DNA of 64,000 bases from Lophium mytilinum (taxonomy: Eukaryota): the NCBI GenBank assembly GCA_010093605.1, contig MU004199.1, positions 310,001 to 374,000 on the forward strand. The letters run 5' to 3'. The position numbers and the translations under genes are program-made. Position 1 is the stretch's first letter. Every line of letters starts with the position of its first letter. The notes under the pieces are model-generated. The model worked only from the letters and a program-made list of their open reading frames with translations. It did no database searches and was not told where the DNA came from. Shown here piece by piece: positions 60,133 through 64,000 of this stretch.

Positions 60133-60927
60133 ATGCCATCCCAACCCCTCAACTTCTCCACCGTCCTCATAACCGGCGGCGCCGGCGGCATCGGCCGCGC
60201 CCTCGCCACCCACTTCATCTCGACCGGTAAGAAAGTCATCATTGCCGGCCGCACCGCCTCCTCACTCAAAACGACCGCGAGCGAGATCGGCGCCGCGGCC
60301 TACTACGTCCTGGACACAGGTGACACGGCCTCGATCCCGTCCTTCATCGCCACCCTCGTAAAAGAACACCCGGACCTCGACTGCCTGATCAACAACGCTG
60401 GCGTGCAGCGCCCGCTGCAAGTCCTCGAGGACACACCAGAGGATTTCTTGAAGAAAGCGGACGCCGAGATCGATATTAATATTCGCGGCCCGCTGCACCT
60501 CGCGCTCGGCCTGCTGCCGCATTTCCGCGGCAAGAAGGAGGGTGGAGGCGCGACGATCGTGAACGTGTCGTCTGTGCTTGGTTTCGTGCCGTTCAGCGTG
60601 ATTAACCCGGTGTATAATGGGACGAAGGCGTGGCTGCATTTCTGGAGCGTGAATCTGAGGTCGCAGCTTGAGGGGACGGGGGTGAGGGTTGTGGAGATTG
60701 CGCCTCCGATGGTGGCGACGGATTTGCATCGTGAGAGGGAGGATCCGGATGATAATAAGAAGGAGAAGAATCAGGCGACGTTGGAGGTGGGGGAGTTTGT
60801 GAGGGAGGTGGTGGGGAGGTGGGAGGAGGGGGAGGAGACGATTAGTGCGGGGATGGGGGTCGAGATTGTGGGGAGGTGGGAGGAGGAGTTTGGGGGGAGG
60901 TATCGTGAGATGACGACGGCGAAGTAG
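60133..60927 (+). CDS. Short-chain dehydrogenase/reductase (DltE-like)
   Basis: TVLITGGAGGIG, LINNAGVQ, IVNVSS, catalytic YNGTK, VVEIAPPMVATDL. Confidence 0.95.
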   Translation: MPSQPLNFSTVLITGGAGGIGRALATHFISTGKKVIIAGRTASSLKTTASEIGAAAYYVLDTGDTASIPSFIATLVKEHPDLDCLINNAGVQRPLQVLEDTPEDFLKKADAEIDINIRGPLHLALGLLPHFRGKKEGGGATIVNVSSVLGFVPFSVINPVYNGTKAWLHFWSVNLRSQLEGTGVRVVEIAPPMVATDLHREREDPDDNKKEKNQATLEVGEFVREVVGRWEEGEETISAGMGVEIVGRWEEEFGGRYREMTTAK

Positions 60928-61380
60928 GGGGTGGTAAGACTGTGGACGCTGAGTTTGGTTGAGACCTGGTTGGATATGTACGGCGCGTCGTCGACTGGGC
61001 CTCTACAAAGTCGAAAGAGGAGTCGCTCGCTTTCCCGTTGCGCTGTTGCACTTTTGGTGTTGCCCAGATGACAGACTGGGAATGTCCTAAGGAGCCTTGA
61101 GGGAAGGTCGAAATGCGCAACGATGTCACGTCGAGATGGTCGGTCTGAAACAGGTGGAAATAGATATTGCTGCACGTAGATGGGTGACATGATTCAAGTT
61201 GCTTCGATCATGTCTCCGGCTGTGCAAAAGAGATGTTGGTTAAGTGCCTGTGATGTGTGTGAGCTTTCGACATTCGCCAGATCCCAAAAAGGATTGCCCG
61301 GGAGCGTTAGGGTTGGTTTTCCACTACAAACAAAAGGGAGGCTGAGTCTGTTTCTTTTGCACGTATGCGCTTCGAATATC

Positions 61381-61965
61381 TGTCTGGTGTAACGATGGAT
61401 ACTGCCAGTGAAGGTGGGCAGGCGTGTCTGAGTCCGCAAAACCGTAATCTCGGACGATTGAATTGAAGGCTCGCAACTTTGATGTGTTTCTGAGATGTAG
61501 TTTTCGCAAAAGTGCGATTCATAAGCTGAGAACCCTTGCATGTCGTTCTGGTAAAGATGATACACCCAGGCATGCTTCGAGATGTTCTCAATGTCCTCAA
61601 AACGTGATATCTAGGTAGTTGATTGAAGGGTGGTCGCCCCTACTGACTCCTGAGAAGATGCATTTCTCGAAGTCTGAATGATACAGTGATAACCGTTACA
61701 TGTCGTTCTAGCAGAAATGATAGGCCAGAAGGTGCTTCGAAAGGTATCAGAGTCTACAAAACCGCGATATACATCCAGTAAAATGAAGAGTGGTCGGTTC
61801 TGCTGATTCCTGAGCAGACGCCATTTCCAGAAGTCTGAATCATACCATTGACGCATTGTATGTTGTCATGGTAAAGATGATACGTCAAGAGGTACTTCGG
61901 AATGGTTTCGATCTCCGCGATGGCTTGATCTCGCAATAGTTGATTTGAAGGCTCATGACTTTGAC
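61381..61965. repeat. Degenerate non-coding tandem array with a 160-bp period (~3.6 units)
   Basis: Units begin at 61381, 61541, 61701 and 61861 (TGTCGTTCTGGTAAAGATGATA-like) and share TGCTTCGA, ATTGAAGG and CTGAG...AAGTCTGAAT.ATAC. Confidence 0.75.
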
Positions 61966-62471
61966 AATATCCAAGATTAAAGATTGATGGTCGTGGATGT
62001 TGTCGAAGCAATGAATAGGTTGGCAGTGCTTGTCTCCTCGCAACTTGATTTGAAGTGCGTTGCTTTAGTGCTTGTGACAGGGTTTCGGACGTCAGACGTC
62101 GACAAAATAAAGGCCCTCGAGCCGTCGAGGACCAGCACCAGGCTAATCACTCAACGGCCCGTAGGCCCCCCGCTTTGCACCCGGGGGAGGAGGGTAGCTT
62201 AACCTTTTTCAACTACCGAGACGGGGGATGACGGCCCCGTGGAGAGAAAGCGTTATGGCGGAAATAAGTCCATGGGAGGATTGTGTGGTGAAGAAGCGTG
62301 ACCGATCATCCCAAAGCGTGCGTGACCCAGGGAGAGAGAACAGCTTTCCTTGCAGTTGGGCCCGACCCAGACCACCTCGAGCCTTTCGGCATTACGCCTA
62401 CTTGGCACCCGAGGGGCGAGGCCGAAGCTTACCTACGAAGTACTTACCCCCTCTCTCCCCAAACACCACAA

Positions 62472-63365
62472 CTAGTGGGTGCTCCGCCACTGCCCCAAGA
62501 ACGCCGGGACTGCTCTTGTCGATAGATCTAACAAGGCGGCAGCAAGACGGGCCTCGAACTCGTCTTCTGGAAGGTCTAACTGCGAGACGTAATCCGGCCA
62601 CCGTGGGCTGAAGTTACTTGGTCCTGTAAAAACAGCAGAATGAACTAGGCATTCGATAGCCGCGGCCCACTCGGCGTACTGCGGGTCGTTTTTCGCAACG
62701 TCACGAAGCGTCGTACCTAATGCCCGTATACCCAGAACTGCTGTAAAATGGTCTGAAGCTCCTTCCCCCATTCTTGGTAGCACATAAACCGGCTTGTTGT
62801 TACCAAATTGGGCCGACGAGGGGTCAAAAATGACGGGAATGTCTTCGATTTTCAACCAAAAGGCCAAGGCGTTGTGGGAGGTGACGCCTTGTTCTTTGAC
62901 AACGTGCCCTTGGACCAGTCGGGGTCTGTAGATTGACTTGGCGTTGACTAAGACTTCGGCCGATTCATCTACATCTTGTCCAAGCAAGGCGGCCAAAGCT
63001 TCTCCCAGAACTGCCACTAGAAAGTCACACTGCGAGGTAGACAGGACGGCTCTCTTCAAGAAAGAGTTCTTTGTTTCTTGAAGTTGGGCGGGCAAAGGGT
63101 AAATGTCGAAGCCGATGACTGGCGAGGAGCCGGGGCGGAGGTGTCTTTCCAAAAATCGGTCGCCGTTGTTTTCGGTCTTAAAATTGACGCGGAGGATGTC
63201 TTCGCAGTTCACCCCTTCGAGGACCGTCAGGCCGATAGCGTGCACCACACGCACAGCACGGAGAACGCGCTTCAAGGCAGGTTTATCCTCACAGCGACAG
63301 GCGGAGGCGCGGCGAGGGTGACAGATTGGGCACTGCGAGGGTAGCGAAAAGCCGTAGACAGGCAT
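62472..63365 (-). CDS. Hypothetical protein with an N-terminal CxxC...CxC motif and a putative Cys-His-Asp core
   Basis: Long ORF (open to 63554; start at 63365 inferred). Motifs CPICH...CRC, SQCDFLV, SHNALAF, IFDPSSAQFG. Confidence 0.6.
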   Translation of the reverse strand: MPVYGFSLPSQCPICHPRRASACRCEDKPALKRVLRAVRVVHAIGLTVLEGVNCEDILRVNFKTENNGDRFLERHLRPGSSPVIGFDIYPLPAQLQETKNSFLKRAVLSTSQCDFLVAVLGEALAALLGQDVDESAEVLVNAKSIYRPRLVQGHVVKEQGVTSHNALAFWLKIEDIPVIFDPSSAQFGNNKPVYVLPRMGEGASDHFTAVLGIRALGTTLRDVAKNDPQYAEWAAAIECLVHSAVFTGPSNFSPRWPDYVSQLDLPEDEFEARLAAALLDLSTRAVPAFLGQWRSTH

Positions 63366-64000
63366 AGTTCTGGAAAAAGGCAGAATCTTGCGGACGTCGC
63401 AGAAGAGCTGGAAGAATTTTGAAGCTGAAGAAAATGAGACTTCGCACTTACGAGACATGATATACTCGGAAAATTCAAGTGAAGGTGGAAAGAAGCTAAC
63501 CAGTTTAGTTAGGCAGGCACTGATGAGTGAAGGCTTCTCGTGCAACTTCCGCAAACATGGCCTAGAAGCGAGGCGAGCCCGTTGTATTCAGGTTGATGGA
63601 TATATGCGCGTAATTGGAATTGGCCAGATTGGAGAGATTGCGGCGGAGATTACTTGAGAGCCACGGTGGAAGTGGGCAAGCCCTACTTGTAGGAGTTCGT
63701 AGTTTCCGTGGTGCTGTTTCGTTGAGCTTAGCTGGTTTGAAACGATCCACGATGAACTGGCTTCTCATTCTCTAGATGCCTTACTAAGTCGGCTTCGGTA
63801 CCAGTGGAGCTACCATCCATACCCGAAAACGGAGTAATGCTGGTCAAAGTAGTGTTTGGGAAGTCCATACGCAAGTTTATGCCGGTCGTCTGCAAGCCTT
63901 GAGCACCATCCTTCCGCACGTAGGACTAAGATCCTTCAGTGCCGGGAAGTGTTCATAGTGAAGGTGTTCCACCACTTGCAGTTCAATCTCTGTAGCAGCC

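Noticed and set aside
61381..61965. CRISPR-like array
   Set aside because: The context is eukaryotic, the units are homologous along their whole length with no unique spacers, and there are no cas genes.

Overview
Nuclear DNA from a filamentous ascomycete (Pezizomycotina; short GT-AG introns with CTRAC branch sites, HET-domain genes, RIP-like TpA-rich tracts). No prokaryotic features, rRNA, convincing tRNA or CRISPR. Recognisable genes: luciferase-like flavin monooxygenase (7.9-9.0 kb), F-box protein, Cys-rich single-pass membrane protein, kinase-ankyrin protein, HET-6-like protein, DHA1 MFS transporter, Ca2+/H+ exchanger (VCX1-like), 40S protein S17, TRI12-like MFS pump, kinase-WD40 protein (assembly gap inside its WD40 array), a HET pseudogene and an SDR. 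The 7-31 kb segment looks accessory. It carries many copies of a Tc1/mariner-type TIR/MITE family, inverted copies of which bracket the monooxygenase, plus a pogo/Tigger-like MITE with perfect TIRs, a ~890 aa orphan that may be mycovirus-derived yet has two spliceosomal introns, and two orphan paralogs sharing an unnamed domain. A kinase + repeat-sensor gene converging on a HET-domain gene occurs twice, a candidate paired innate-immunity module. Also present: a copia gag/LTR relic, a His/Trp/Gly repeat protein, a degenerate 160-bp tandem array and a putative Cys-His-Asp enzyme. All gene models and alignments were made by eye; no searches were run.
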